Shown: positions 8,979 to 19,217, numbered from the stretch's first letter. The stretch is 64,000 nt of DNA from an uncultured Gammaproteobacteria bacterium (GCA_963764725.1 CAVXTM010000010.1:64001-128000); one strand, 5' to 3'. Notes: generated by a model not told the origin, from the letters alone. Numbers and translations are program-made.

Positions 8979-9790
8979 TCACTTCCATGGCCATTGGGCC
9001 GAGCTTGCGAACTTGGGATCAGCCGGACCCAAGACTACGTGGTACTCGGGCGCGCCGAACTGTGCGAATAGGCGAAGAATGACGTGGATGTCCGTTCCGC
9101 TTGCGCGAAGTTTCATTGCATGTAGTCCCTTTGCTTCATTCTCGGGCTCGCCCGTCCATGACCCAACCCAATGGCCGACCGACGAGTCCTCGCCCAGGAT
9201 AACTCGACGGATTGGCGTTTTAGTAAAAGGTGCCAGACCGAGGACGTAGACCGCCGCGGTGAAAGCAATCTTTGCCAGGGTCCGGGTGAAGTTAAGCGGC
9301 GAGAAATTGAGGCGCGCACCCGCAAAGTCCGCGGCGCGTCGTCGAACGACTTCTTCGAACGACGGGCCGGCAAGATGAAGGAATTTCAGTTCGGTCGATA
9401 TTCCCCGAGACTGCGGTGCGTCAGTAAGGCAACCGGGCGGGGACAATATAGGAGTCGGCAGGTATAGCGGAAACTCGTTCGGTGGTACTTGGATCGTCCG
9501 CTGAACCCGTTCAACTCCAACACCAATGGAAGGCTCTTCGGACGTAGCTGTGGACGTCTAGTCTGCATGGCAAGGACCGTCCGAACCGGCGATAGGAGAC
9601 TCCGAAGGGTGTCACGTTCAAAACGATGCGTGATCTTCGCGCAGCGTGAGCAACTCGCCCGCAGAAGTGTCCATGGGCCATTCAGTCCGTACGGAATGGC
9701 ATGCTCCTTACCAAGGCCATTGGCAGAGGTGCCGCAGTAGATGCATTCGCCGATATCCGGTGCGTTACTCGGGACCGGAAGGTTCGCCAA
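8979..9790 (-). pseudogene. HNH-like zinc-finger cassette protein, frameshifted near 9505
   Basis: CIYC...KEHAIP..L.G...SCSRC in the first frame, continuing in frame 8979..9446; cassette bounded by GTTAGGC and GCCTAAC (8971-77). Confidence 0.7.
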
Positions 9791-9806
9791 GGTAATTTCC
9801 TATGAT

Positions 9807-9878
9807 GCCTAACGTAAACGCTCAGCCGCGGACAAGCCGCGTGGCGGGTTGTCCGTCGGCTGCAGCGCCTCGTTGGGC
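9807..9878 (-). other. attC site
   Basis: R'' GCCCAAC, L'' GCTGCAGCCG, L' CGGCTGAGC, R' GTTAGGC. Confidence 0.9.
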
Positions 9879-9906
9879 GGCTCGCGAACGCAGTACGCCT
9901 GCTCCG

Positions 9907-10185
9907 CTACTTTCCGCACTTGTGGGGCGACTCGCTCTCGATCTCTTCCACGACTCCACCCTCCATCTCGACTTCGGCGCACGCACCTACCTTGAGCGGG
10001 CCCCGGTCTTCGTCGAGCTCGGTCTTGTCGGTCACATCGACAGAGCGGTCTCCCACGGCCCATGTCCCAGCCTTTCCGTCGGGGCGACTCTTGATGTTTC
10101 CGTAGAAGTCGTCGTCCGCAATTGCGACCTGCGCGACGCTCTGGGCCATGAATGCACACGCAACGATTACGCAAAACTTCTTCAT
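9907..10185 (-). CDS. Small secreted beta-barrel protein (DUF5666-like), first cassette
   Basis: Signal peptide MKKFCVIV..AIA, FYGNIKSRP..GTW.VG...TELDE..GPLKVGACAEVE; AGGAG RBS. Confidence 0.7.
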   Translation of the reverse strand: MKKFCVIVACAFMAQSVAQVAIADDDFYGNIKSRPDGKAGTWAVGDRSVDVTDKTELDEDRGPLKVGACAEVEMEGGVVEEIESESPHKCGK

Positions 10186-10236
10186 GCTCTTTTCTCCTGT
10201 CTTAGACTCGCGGGGAAACGAGAGGCGCTCCGCACC

Positions 10237-10255
10237 GCCCAACTAATGATTAAGC
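10237..10255 (-). other. attI site (L and R boxes)
   Basis: GCTTAAT-catta-GTTGGGC upstream of a divergent integrase; GTTGGGC is exactly complementary to the first cassette's R'' GCCCAAC. Confidence 0.7.
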
Positions 10256-10380
10256 GGTTCCGTATATCATGCCGCCATTTGATATCACACGCCCCGGCTC
10301 GTGGCAATAACTATCTGTTTTGACTGGCGGCGCCTGTCTGTATAGCATACAGATCTTCAGGATAACTAGGCTAGGATGCC

Positions 10381-11049
10381 ATGCTCGAACCGTTCCCCAT
10401 CGAACTCTCCCGTCGCTACGAGAACGAGCTGAAGCAACGCGGGATCGCAACCCAACTCTGGGCTCCCTATACGAAGTGGCTGCGCTATTACTGGGATTTC
10501 TGCCATAAGTACGACTATCCGCCGAACGCCCGGCAGAGTTTTCCGCCGTTCGCCGCGAAACTCCGCAGTAAGCGGCAGTCCGATGTCCAGCGCAAGCAGG
10601 CGCAGCAAGCCATTTCACTCTACTACGCTTTTGTGGCGCCTGATCTTCGCGGCGGAACTGAGCCGCCCGGAGAAAGTGCGGTGCAGCATTCGAACCAGGC
10701 TCCTGCGGCTGACGCGGATGCTTCGCACCCGCTTAAAAAAATCGTCATGAGCGCACCGGCGGTTGACCCTATCCATAGAACGCCGCCGGACAAACGACAA
10801 GACCAAAAGCCAGGCCAATCGCAGGATTCTTTGCAACGAAATCTGCGGGAGAGCCACGTCGCAGGGGTTCAACCTCCACGCGCTACGGGGGAACGTTTGA
10901 TCGTCCCTGCTGAGCAAACTATTTCGCGGCCAGCAGCGAGTTCAAAATGGACGGGTGCGAGTTGGGTGGCGGTTTACGATCGGCTGCACGCCGCTATCAA
11001 AAACGGCGGCAATCGTGGTATTGAATGTCTCTTTATGGGACCAGCCTAG
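10381..11049 (+). pseudogene. intI: Integron integrase with extra N-terminal SAM-like domain, truncated before the catalytic domain
   Basis: YTKWLRYYWDFCHKY..FAAKLRSKRQ..QAQQAISLYY, low-complexity linker, W.AVYDRLHAAIK, then unrelated tail; divergent from attI and array. Confidence 0.7.
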
Positions 11050-11078
11050 TGACTCTTTATGGCCGATAGCCGAAATCT

Positions 11079-11095
11079 CAAACTGAGACACTACC
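11079..11095. mobile_element. Probable IS terminal inverted repeat remnant
   Basis: CAAACTGAGACACTACC (GGTAGTGTCTCAGTTTG on minus) just after the integrase truncation. Confidence 0.4.
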
Positions 11096-11188
11096 TGTGA
11101 TGACGACGGCGCTGCGCCCATTAGCCAAAGTAGCGTGCGCCGTGCCCACGAGCTATGATTTCTCGATAGCGGCTTGCCGCCAATGCGT

Positions 11189-12877
11189 TCAATCCCGATC
11201 CGCGCGCCAGATAGAAACGATGATCCATACGCTGTTGCAGAAGGCCATCACGTAGCCGAGCAAACCGAGCACGGTGAACAGCGGCATCCCGAACAGGGTC
11301 GGACCCCGGGGGACGGTCATCACGATCGAAGACCCGACTACGAGCGAGGCGGTCATGATCCCGATGGTGATGCGATCGATGGTGTGATCGAGGCGCCGGC
11401 CGAAGCTGTCCAAGCGCTTGAGATCGAGGTCCACCCGCATCCTGCCCCGGCGTAGGTCCTTGAACAACCGGGCGAGGTCCCGCGGGACGGCGCTGACCAT
11501 GTTGAACATCTGCGCCAGGCTGTTCTGCCCACGCTTGATGAGCGCGGCCGGCTCATAGCGTTCGGCGACGGCCCGCTCGAGAAAGGGCCCGAGATGGTCG
11601 ATGAGCCGGAACTCCGGATCGTACTGGCGCCCGAGCCCCTCGAGCGTGATGAGGGCCTTGAACATGAGGGTGAGGTCCGCAGGCAGCACGATTGAATGCT
11701 CGCGCATGATGCCGTGCACCTGGCGCAGGAGCGTGGCGATGCGGACGTCCTTCAGCGGGACATCCGCATAATCGAGTACGAGCTCACCCATATCCGCGGC
11801 AAGCTTGGCCTCATCCACGTAGGCGTCGCCCGTCCAGTCGAGGATCACCTCCGTGATGCCTTCATCGTCGCGGCCTGCGATTCCGGAGAGGAGGTCTACG
11901 ATTTGATTGCGGCGGAAATGCGTCAGCCGCCCGACCATGCCGAAGTCGATCATGACGATGCGGTTGCCCGGTAGGTAGAATACGTTGCCCGGGTGAGGGT
12001 CGGCGTGGAAGAAGCCGTCAACCAGGATCATCCTGAGCACTGTATCCGCGCCGCGCGAGGCGAGCAGCCTGCGGTCGAGGCCCGCCGCTTCGATTGCGCG
12101 GAGATCATTGCCGGGAATAGCCTCGATATACTCCTGCACGTTCATCACCGGGCTGGTCCACTCCCAATACACGCGCGGCACCAGCACCTCGGGGTCCTCG
12201 GCGAAGTTCTTGGCGAATCGATCGATGTTGCGCGCCTCGACCGCCAGATCGAGCTCGCGTTCGAGGGAGCGGGAAAACTGGGCGAGGATCTGGGTCGGTT
12301 GGTAACGCCGCACCTCCGGGATCTCCGCTTCGAGTAAGGCGGCGATGTGAGTGAGGATGCGGATGTCCGCCTCGACCGTCGCCTGGATCCCCGGGCGGCG
12401 GATCTTGAGCACCACCGGCGCGCCGTTCGGCAGGCGAGCCCGATGGACCTGGGCGATGGACGCCGAGGCGTAGGCCGCGGTATCGAGATCAACAAATACT
12501 TCCTGAGGACGCCTGCCTAGCGCTTTTTCCACCTCGGGAAGCAGTTCGCCGAAGGCCACCGGCGCGACGCCGCTCTGCAGTCGTTCGAACTCCGCGATCC
12601 ACTTCGGCGGGAACAGGTCTTCCCGTGTCGAAAGCACTTGGCCTAGCTTGACGAAGGTCGGGCCTAGCTCTTCCAGAGCGACCCGTATGCGCTCTGGCGG
12701 CTCCAAGTGAGTCGATTCGGAGGCCTCTCCCCAGTGCAGGATCTGGCCGGCGCGTTCCAGCACTGTCCCGATCCCCACCCGGCGGACGAGGTCGCCGAGC
12801 CCGTGCCGGATAAGGACCGAGGTGATCTGGTGCAGGCGCGGAAGATCCCGCCCTGCGCCGAAGGCCCCCCAGATCAC
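11189..12877 (-). CDS. ABC1/UbiB-family atypical kinase
   Basis: ELGPTFVKLGQVLSTR, SASIAQVHRA, VVLKIRRP, GFFHADPHPGN, IDFGMVG, two C-terminal TM helices. Confidence 0.92.
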   Translation of the reverse strand: MIWGAFGAGRDLPRLHQITSVLIRHGLGDLVRRVGIGTVLERAGQILHWGEASESTHLEPPERIRVALEELGPTFVKLGQVLSTREDLFPPKWIAEFERLQSGVAPVAFGELLPEVEKALGRRPQEVFVDLDTAAYASASIAQVHRARLPNGAPVVLKIRRPGIQATVEADIRILTHIAALLEAEIPEVRRYQPTQILAQFSRSLERELDLAVEARNIDRFAKNFAEDPEVLVPRVYWEWTSPVMNVQEYIEAIPGNDLRAIEAAGLDRRLLASRGADTVLRMILVDGFFHADPHPGNVFYLPGNRIVMIDFGMVGRLTHFRRNQIVDLLSGIAGRDDEGITEVILDWTGDAYVDEAKLAADMGELVLDYADVPLKDVRIATLLRQVHGIMREHSIVLPADLTLMFKALITLEGLGRQYDPEFRLIDHLGPFLERAVAERYEPAALIKRGQNSLAQMFNMVSAVPRDLARLFKDLRRGRMRVDLDLKRLDSFGRRLDHTIDRITIGIMTASLVVGSSIVMTVPRGPTLFGMPLFTVLGLLGYVMAFCNSVWIIVSIWRADRD

Positions 12878-12885
12878 CGGCCGGC

Positions 12886-13542
12886 CTACTTGCTCGCAGC
12901 GGGCCCCGACTGCTCGCGCAGCGCGTCGGCGATGCCGGCGAGGACACCGCTCGCGAGCAGCGTCATACGCACGCCGTAGTCGCGCGCCGCATCGAATCCA
13001 GCGGAGGCGCCCTCGCGCGACACCGAGGTCAAGCGACTCGCGAACTCAGTCATGACTGCGGCCACGCGCGCGCTGGCGTCCACCCCGATCTGCTGCGCAT
13101 GCACCGCAAGCTCCCGCAGCTCGCGCTGGATGTTGCCACTCGCGGCTTCCGCCACGCGGTTGGCGGTCGCTACGTAAGCCCCCTGGAGCTCCTTCAGCCT
13201 GGCGAAAGTTTCTTTCAGATCATTGTCGGTGAAACCGGTTCCCTTCGAGCCGAGTTGCCGGAGCGCGACGTGCGCCGCTTCGGCGGCTCGCATGAGCGCC
13301 TCATCCAAACCCTGCACCGCCTCGGCCAACCCTCGCCTCGCATCGGCCGCCTGCGGTTCCGCAGCGGCGCTCGATCCGGGGGTCATGGCCTGTACCACCT
13401 CCTTCACTTCTTCGGGATCCAGGTGACCGCCTTTCAGGACCTGTGACGTGAGATCGCGCACCCTGTCCCGTATCTCCGCATCCGGCCCTGGCCCACTCGA
13501 AACCGGTGAAGCTTGCGCTGCTTGTGATTCTTTATCTACCAT
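12886..13542 (-). CDS. Helical hypothetical protein (DUF6781-like), co-oriented with the kinase
   Basis: 218 aa Ala-rich amphipathic; GGAGG RBS; 8 bp from the downstream gene. Confidence 0.7.
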   Translation of the reverse strand: MVDKESQAAQASPVSSGPGPDAEIRDRVRDLTSQVLKGGHLDPEEVKEVVQAMTPGSSAAAEPQAADARRGLAEAVQGLDEALMRAAEAAHVALRQLGSKGTGFTDNDLKETFARLKELQGAYVATANRVAEAASGNIQRELRELAVHAQQIGVDASARVAAVMTEFASRLTSVSREGASAGFDAARDYGVRMTLLASGVLAGIADALREQSGPAASK

Positions 13543-13859
13543 GACGCACCTCCTCGGTAACCGACAAGTCGCTTCAGCCCACGGACCAGTTTACGCCGCA
13601 GGGCGCTCGATGCAAGCCTGCGAAACAAGGACTGTGCGTGCGTAACCACGGTGACGCCATGGGCAGTTCCGGTCGTTCGTTGACCTCATTGGCCGGTATG
13701 GCGATACCCGCTCCACCGAGATGGGAGCGCCCTGGTCTTGAGGGGGAACATCGAAGACCCTCCAGTGGTCATAAATCATACTATAACTTGCTCCGAGGGA
13801 GCGTCGTGGCGTAAGGATGCGAAGCTCGCGCCGGTGCGAGGTGCGTATGAGGTTTCGGT

Positions 13860-15371
13860 ATGGCTAGCGCGAATCAACCGATCCTGCAAAAACTGCATGA
13901 GGAGTACTATTTCAGGCTGGTCGAGATGGCACCTGACGCGATCCTCATCAATAAGGAGAGTCGCATCGGCGATGGGCAGAGGAAGTGGAGCGTGGCCTAC
14001 ATCAATCCTGCGGGATTGAGGCTGCTGGGGGCCACAGATCCACAGCAGATCCTCGGGAAATTCCCGCTGGAGACCGTACATCCGGATTACCATCCAATGG
14101 TGCAGGCGCACTGCGAGCGCGTGCTCAAAGACGGAGGCCACTCACCCCTCTGTGAACAGAAATGGGTGCGGCTCGATGGCAGCGCCGTCGATGTCGAGGT
14201 AGCCTCCTCGGCCTATTGGGACGGGGACGGTTTCGCCATTCAGGTGATAGCGCGCGACATCACTGAGCGTAAAGAGGCGGAAACACGTTTTCGTACTCTG
14301 GTCGAACAAATCCCCGCGATTACATATATCTCAACCTATGGGCTCAACATCCGGGACATCCAGGCCATCTATGAAAGTCCCCAGATCGAGGCGTCGTTCG
14401 GATTCGCCGTCGAGGAATGGTATGCGCGCCCGAACCTCTGGCCGGAGCAGCTATATCCCGAAGATAAGGCGCGGGCGCTGGCTGCGTTTCGACGCACTTA
14501 CGACGAGCTTATCCCGTTCAGCGAAGACTACCGGTTGGTAACCAAAGACGGCGGTGTCTTGTGGGTGCACGACGAGACCCGAGTGGTCCGAGACGAATCG
14601 GGGGCGCCAAAGTGGATCCAAGGGGTGATGCTCGACATCACCGAGCGCAAGCGCGCCGAGCAAACCCTGCGGGAGAGCGAGAGGCGTTACCAGGCGCTGG
14701 CGCGCAAGCTCGTGACCGCGCAGGAAGAGGAACGGCGCCGCGTCGCTCGGGAGCTGCACGATCAGCTGGGACAGCACCTCACGGCGCTGCAGCTTGGACT
14801 CAAGTCACTGGAGAACGCCCTGTTGGACCGCCCGTCTGCGCGGGATTGCTTGGATAAGATGAAGGCCATCACCGAGGAGATCGACCAGGAGATCGATCAG
14901 CTCGCCTTAGAGCTGCGCCCCGCCGCGCTGGATGACCTCGGCTTATATGCGGTTGTGGTGAATTACATCGAGGAGTGGTCAGCGCGGAGCGGGATCCCGG
15001 TGGATTTTCACGGCCGTGGGTTTGACCAAAAGCGCTTGCCATCCGACCTCGAAATCGTGATGTACCGGGCGATCCAGGAGGCCTTAACCAACGTGCTCAA
15101 ACATGCGGCGGCCAAGCATGTGGGCGTTATTTTGGGGTGTCGCGATAACGAGGTATATGCCATCATCGAGGATGATGGCTGCGGCTTCGACGTCGAAGCC
15201 ATCCGCCATGGGCCTGTGCGGGATCGCAGGTTGGGTTTGCTCGGCATGCAGGAACGCATGGAGTCGGTGGCCGGCACGTGTCAGATAGAAGCCACACCGG
15301 GCATGGGTACCACGGTGTTCCTCCGGGTTCCGTTGATGGAGGCTTTCCCCGAAATCCTGAAGCATGAATAA
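13860..15371 (+). CDS. PAS-PAS sensor histidine kinase (HisKA_3 type)
   Basis: Two PAS/PAC repeats (DITERK), EERRRVARELHDQLGQ, QEALTNVLKHA, DDGCGF, GLLGMQER. Confidence 0.93.
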   Translation: MASANQPILQKLHEEYYFRLVEMAPDAILINKESRIGDGQRKWSVAYINPAGLRLLGATDPQQILGKFPLETVHPDYHPMVQAHCERVLKDGGHSPLCEQKWVRLDGSAVDVEVASSAYWDGDGFAIQVIARDITERKEAETRFRTLVEQIPAITYISTYGLNIRDIQAIYESPQIEASFGFAVEEWYARPNLWPEQLYPEDKARALAAFRRTYDELIPFSEDYRLVTKDGGVLWVHDETRVVRDESGAPKWIQGVMLDITERKRAEQTLRESERRYQALARKLVTAQEEERRRVARELHDQLGQHLTALQLGLKSLENALLDRPSARDCLDKMKAITEEIDQEIDQLALELRPAALDDLGLYAVVVNYIEEWSARSGIPVDFHGRGFDQKRLPSDLEIVMYRAIQEALTNVLKHAAAKHVGVILGCRDNEVYAIIEDDGCGFDVEAIRHGPVRDRRLGLLGMQERMESVAGTCQIEATPGMGTTVFLRVPLMEAFPEILKHE

Positions 15372-16017
15372 ACTGCGCGTTTTTCTGGTCGACGATCACG
15401 CGGCGATGCGGGAAGGGCTGCGATTACTGCTTGTCGCGCAGCCCGACATGGAGGTGGTAGGCCAGGCGGGCGATGGCCGCAGCGCTCTGGAGCAGGTGGC
15501 GGCAACCCGGCCCGATGTGGTGGTGATGGACATCGCCTTGCCCGGGTTAAATGGGGTTCAGCTCACAGCGCAGCTCAAGCAAGCCTACCCAAACATGCAT
15601 GTGCTCGCGCTCACTCGCCATCGCGAGCTCGGCTATCTACGTCAGATCATGCACGCCGGCGCCTCAGGCTATGTCCTCAAGCAGGCGGCCGCGGAAGCCC
15701 TCATTAACGCCCTCCGTACCGTGGCGCGAGGAGAAACCTATCTCGATCCGGCTGTAGCCGGCCGGGTCGTCCATAGCTATCTGGGGCACACGGCCGCGCG
15801 AGAGATCTCTCACCATACCGAGCTCAGCGAACGTGAGGAGGAAGTGATGCGCCTCATCGCCTCGGGTAGGAGCAATAAAGAGATTGCGGCCCAAATCGGC
15901 ATCAGCGTTAAAACCATCGAATATCACAAAGCGCAGTCCATGAAGAAGCTCGAGCTGCGCAGCCGTGCAGATATCATCCGCTATGGCGTACAACAAGGCT
16001 GGCTACAGGAGCTATAA
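15364..16017 (+). CDS. NarL/LuxR-family response regulator
   Basis: LVDDH, PDVVVMDI, GYVLK, LSEREEEV..GRSNKEIA..ISVKTI. Confidence 0.94.
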   Translation: MNKLRVFLVDDHAAMREGLRLLLVAQPDMEVVGQAGDGRSALEQVAATRPDVVVMDIALPGLNGVQLTAQLKQAYPNMHVLALTRHRELGYLRQIMHAGASGYVLKQAAAEALINALRTVARGETYLDPAVAGRVVHSYLGHTAAREISHHTELSEREEEVMRLIASGRSNKEIAAQIGISVKTIEYHKAQSMKKLELRSRADIIRYGVQQGWLQEL

Positions 16018-16061
16018 ACGCCTCGTCTGGCGCGTGGGTGTGACCACCGCCCTGCCTTAGT

Positions 16062-16085
16062 AAAACCCTAGCCGATTAGGGTTTT
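16062..16085. promoter_or_regulatory. Inverted repeat, possible regulator-binding site
   Basis: AAAACCCTA-gccgat-TAGGGTTTT between the regulator and the desaturase. Confidence 0.35.
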
Positions 16086-16252
16086 TCCTGGTCCGTTCTG
16101 CCCCTTCTCCTGATGGCAGAGACGGCGCCGCAGTGTCATAAGTAATATTGTTGCATAACGTTTAGCCTAAAAGTGTGGAGTGCCAACGCTAGTAGGCGCT
16201 ATCCGCATGCCACCTGATTTCTGGAGCATGGTGAAGGGATGGTGGGAAAACC

Positions 16253-17215
16253 GTGAAACGCACCTTCTTTATGATATTACTTTTGACGATCGGAGTTCTT
16301 CCGGCAACGCTTGCGGAGACCGTTCACGCGATGCCCGCGTCCACCGCAAGGAATTCCCTGACGTTCGTGGTCTTAGCTGTGCTCGCGGTGTATCTGACGT
16401 TGGAAGCGCTCTTCCCTCATTTGAAGCCGAAACGACGAACATTAAAGAACTCCTACCAGACCAACGCCTGCACGTTCCTGTTCAACAATATCACGTTGCC
16501 TCTATTGTCAGTTTCTTCGTTATATTATGTCGCGCAATCTTACTCGCACGTTGGGCTCCTCAGTCGAGTCGACGATAGTCTCTTTAAGTGGTGTATCTCT
16601 TTTGTGCTGCTCGATCTCGCCTTCTACTGGTGGCACTACGCCAATCACAAGCTCTCCTTCCTGTGGGTGTTCCATAAGGTGCACCACAGCGATAGAACCA
16701 TGAATGTTTCTACCGGTGTACGCTTTCACATCGGCGAGATGCTGCTTACGGTCCTGCTCAAATCGGCCTTTATCGTCGTTATCGGTGTCAGCGCTCAAGT
16801 CGTTTTGATCAATGAGGCCATTCTCACGCTGTTCGTGCTGTTTCACCATACCAATATCGCGTTCAGAGGCGAAACCTGGCTCTCGAGAATCCTGGTCGTG
16901 CCAAAACTGCATCGGCTCCATCACTCGGCGCGAAGGGATGAGCACGATAGCAATTATGGGTGCGTGTTCTCCCTCTGGGACAGGGCATTCGGAACCATTA
17001 AAGAGGCGGTACCCGCAGATATGGGTTTGATGGGCGTCAACGAGCAGAGCTTTATCGAACTTCTAAATTTCGGGTTCATGGCGACCGGACCCGGGTTTCG
17101 ACCCTCGACTAGTCGCCCGGCGAGCCACGTAGAGCGGATGCGAAGGCGCGGAGCCTGCGACAGCCGCGAGTGGGCATCCACAGGGAAGTCTCAAGCGAGG
17201 GTCGCGCAATGCTAG
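16253..17215 (+). CDS. Sterol desaturase/fatty acid hydroxylase family protein
   Basis: His boxes YWWHYANH, FHKVHHS, FHHTN, HRLHHS, NYG..FSLWDRAFGT. Confidence 0.9.
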   Translation: MKRTFFMILLLTIGVLPATLAETVHAMPASTARNSLTFVVLAVLAVYLTLEALFPHLKPKRRTLKNSYQTNACTFLFNNITLPLLSVSSLYYVAQSYSHVGLLSRVDDSLFKWCISFVLLDLAFYWWHYANHKLSFLWVFHKVHHSDRTMNVSTGVRFHIGEMLLTVLLKSAFIVVIGVSAQVVLINEAILTLFVLFHHTNIAFRGETWLSRILVVPKLHRLHHSARRDEHDSNYGCVFSLWDRAFGTIKEAVPADMGLMGVNEQSFIELLNFGFMATGPGFRPSTSRPASHVERMRRRGACDSREWASTGKSQARVAQC

Positions 17216-17224
17216 TGGCTGCCT

Positions 17225-18454
17225 GTGGAACGGTCGATGACATGTATCCGACGCAGGGCATCTGTTATGACAACGGAATCGATCAAACACCGCTTAACCA
17301 CCGATGAGCACTTATCCGAAGCGCCCGCTGAAGCTGGGTCGGCGCCTTCGACTCACCGATTATCCACAAGAGGGAGTGCGCACAGAGCGCTGATACGGCT
17401 CGCGGTGGCGGCGAGCTTGTTGGCGCTCGTGTGGGTGTCGCTGACATCTCACCGCAACTTCTGGGAATTCGTCAGGGCAACAGACCAGATCTCCCACGCG
17501 AATCGAGTGCTGCGAGCGGCCCAGCATCTCTTGAACTTGGAGCAGGAAGCCGAGATCGGGGTGCGTGGATTTCACATCACCGGCCAAGACCGCTACCTCG
17601 CCCCATACCGTAAAGTGCAACGCGATATGCCCGCGGCCTTGGACATGTTGCGCGAGCTCACCGCCCCAGACGCCGCTCAAAGAGGCCGGTTCGAGACCCT
17701 GGAACCTTTGTTTAACATACGGATGGAGATGCGGGAGCGCGAGATCGGAGCACGACGTGCGGGGGGCATCGACCTTGCTGAAATAGCGCTCGCAACGAAA
17801 GAGGATCGGTACAAGGTGGACCGCGTCCGCATGCTCTTGACCGAGATCCAGCACGCAGCCGAAAAAACTCTGACTGAAAGGCACGCCGCGGCGTTGCAGA
17901 ATGAACAGCGCTCTCTCTACCTGTTTATCATAGCCAACCTGCTGGTCCTCGCGGTAATCGCCTACCTGCTCGTCTCTCGCGAACGGGCCATACGGGGGCG
18001 AGAGGCCCAGGCGCGGCGGGAGAGCGAACAAAGATTTGGGCAGATGGCGGCTATTACCGGCGAATGGCTGTGGGAGCAAGACCCAGAGGGTAGATTTATG
18101 TACAGTAACTCAGCGGTCAAAGAGATCCTGGGCTACGAACCTGAGGAGATACTAGGCCGATATTACTTCGACCTCTTTACGCCGGTCGAGCGAAAGCGCG
18201 TCACAGAGGCCGCATATAGCGCCGATTCGCTAACCCGCTTCGTCCGGCTCCTCAACCGCTATCAACATAAAGACGGTCACGAGGTCGTCGCCGAATCGAC
18301 CGGTATACCGCTACGCGGTGCAGGCGGCAACATCGTAAAGTGGCGTGGTGTCGACCGCGACATTACCGTGCATAAGTGGTTTGAAAACGCCCTCCGGCAG
18401 AGTGAAGAGCGGGTTCGAATGATGCAGCAAGAGGTACCATCGAAGGGTGTGTAA
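17225..18454 (+). CDS. CHASE3-PAS sensor lacking an output domain (probably truncated)
   Basis: TM, AEIGVRGFHITG..YLAPY (CHASE3), TM, PAS/PAC, ends soon after ALRQSEERVRMM. Confidence 0.75.
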   Translation: MERSMTCIRRRASVMTTESIKHRLTTDEHLSEAPAEAGSAPSTHRLSTRGSAHRALIRLAVAASLLALVWVSLTSHRNFWEFVRATDQISHANRVLRAAQHLLNLEQEAEIGVRGFHITGQDRYLAPYRKVQRDMPAALDMLRELTAPDAAQRGRFETLEPLFNIRMEMREREIGARRAGGIDLAEIALATKEDRYKVDRVRMLLTEIQHAAEKTLTERHAAALQNEQRSLYLFIIANLLVLAVIAYLLVSRERAIRGREAQARRESEQRFGQMAAITGEWLWEQDPEGRFMYSNSAVKEILGYEPEEILGRYYFDLFTPVERKRVTEAAYSADSLTRFVRLLNRYQHKDGHEVVAESTGIPLRGAGGNIVKWRGVDRDITVHKWFENALRQSEERVRMMQQEVPSKGV

Positions 18455-18607
18455 AAAGGTGAAGGCGATGTACTCTACGTAAACTCGCGTTGAGCTGGGG
18501 GACGGTCGCGCTTGAGAGGCCGCGGGTACGAGGAGTAGAGGAGCGTTTTGAGAGTCAGCCGCACCGCCGAAAACCTTTCTCTCTTTGCGCATCGATATTG
18601 AGTTTCT

Positions 18608-18667
18608 ACATAGCACCAACCTCACCGGGCGCGGCGATAGGAGGGCGCCGATGAAGCGTGGTTATGC
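18608..18667 (-). other. Degenerate attC (R' reads GCT instead of GTT)
   Basis: R'' GCATAAC overlaps the hicB stop; CTTCATCGGCGC..GCGCCCGGTGAGG; R' GCTATGT. Confidence 0.6.
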
Positions 18668-18877
18668 GGCCTCGATTTCGACCAACTCGCTCGTTGACGA
18701 AGGATAAGGAATAGGCTCTCCACCCTCCTTGATGTCAGCGAGATGCAGTTCGATGGCCTCTCGAATGAGGGTAAGAACCTCTTCCTTTGTTTCCCCAGCA
18801 GCGATACAACCGGGGAGGTCGGGCACATACGCACCAAACGAAGTCGGTCCTTCTTCAACAACAACCAAGTAACGCAT
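18662..18877 (-). CDS. hicB: HicB antitoxin
   Basis: AYVPDLPGCIAAGETKEEVL..IREAIELHL. Confidence 0.92.
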   Translation of the reverse strand: MRYLVVVEEGPTSFGAYVPDLPGCIAAGETKEEVLTLIREAIELHLADIKEGGEPIPYPSSTSELVEIEAA

Positions 18878-18888
18878 TCTTGATACCC

Positions 18889-19077
18889 CTACTTTTTGAG
18901 TCCGGCCTGTTCCAGTACATTGCTCAAAGTCCCGGGAGGCACATCGACGCTAGGCTTACCGGCAACGGTAACCATCCCTTGTTTGGTCGGATGGTGAAAT
19001 TGCCGGTGGCTTCCCTTCATGCGGACTTGATACCACCCATCCGATTTGAGCACGGCGATAAGCTCTTTGACCTTCAT
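18889..19077 (-). CDS. hicA: HicA toxin
   Basis: DGWYQVRMKGSHRQFHHPTK.G.VTV..GTL. Confidence 0.93.
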   Translation of the reverse strand: MKVKELIAVLKSDGWYQVRMKGSHRQFHHPTKQGMVTVAGKPSVDVPPGTLSNVLEQAGLKK

Positions 19078-19110
19078 CCTTCATAGTCTACTACCGTGGC
19101 GCCGCAAGCT

Positions 19111-19193
19111 GCATAACGCTCAGATAAGCCACGCCCGCCACTAGTGATGAGGAGAATCCGCCCTCTGGCGTCGGGTTGAGCGCCGGTATGGGC
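19111..19193 (-). other. Degenerate attC
   Basis: R' GTTATGC (complementary to GCATAAC ending the hicAB cassette), L' GGCTTATC, L'' GCTCAACCC, R'' GCCCATAC. Confidence 0.55.
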
Positions 19194-19217
19194 CGCTGTG
19201 ATTCAGAGATGAAACAG

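Noticed and set aside
10337-10353. Canonical LexA box
   Set aside because: Spacing is CTG-N9-CAG, not N10; kept only as a remark
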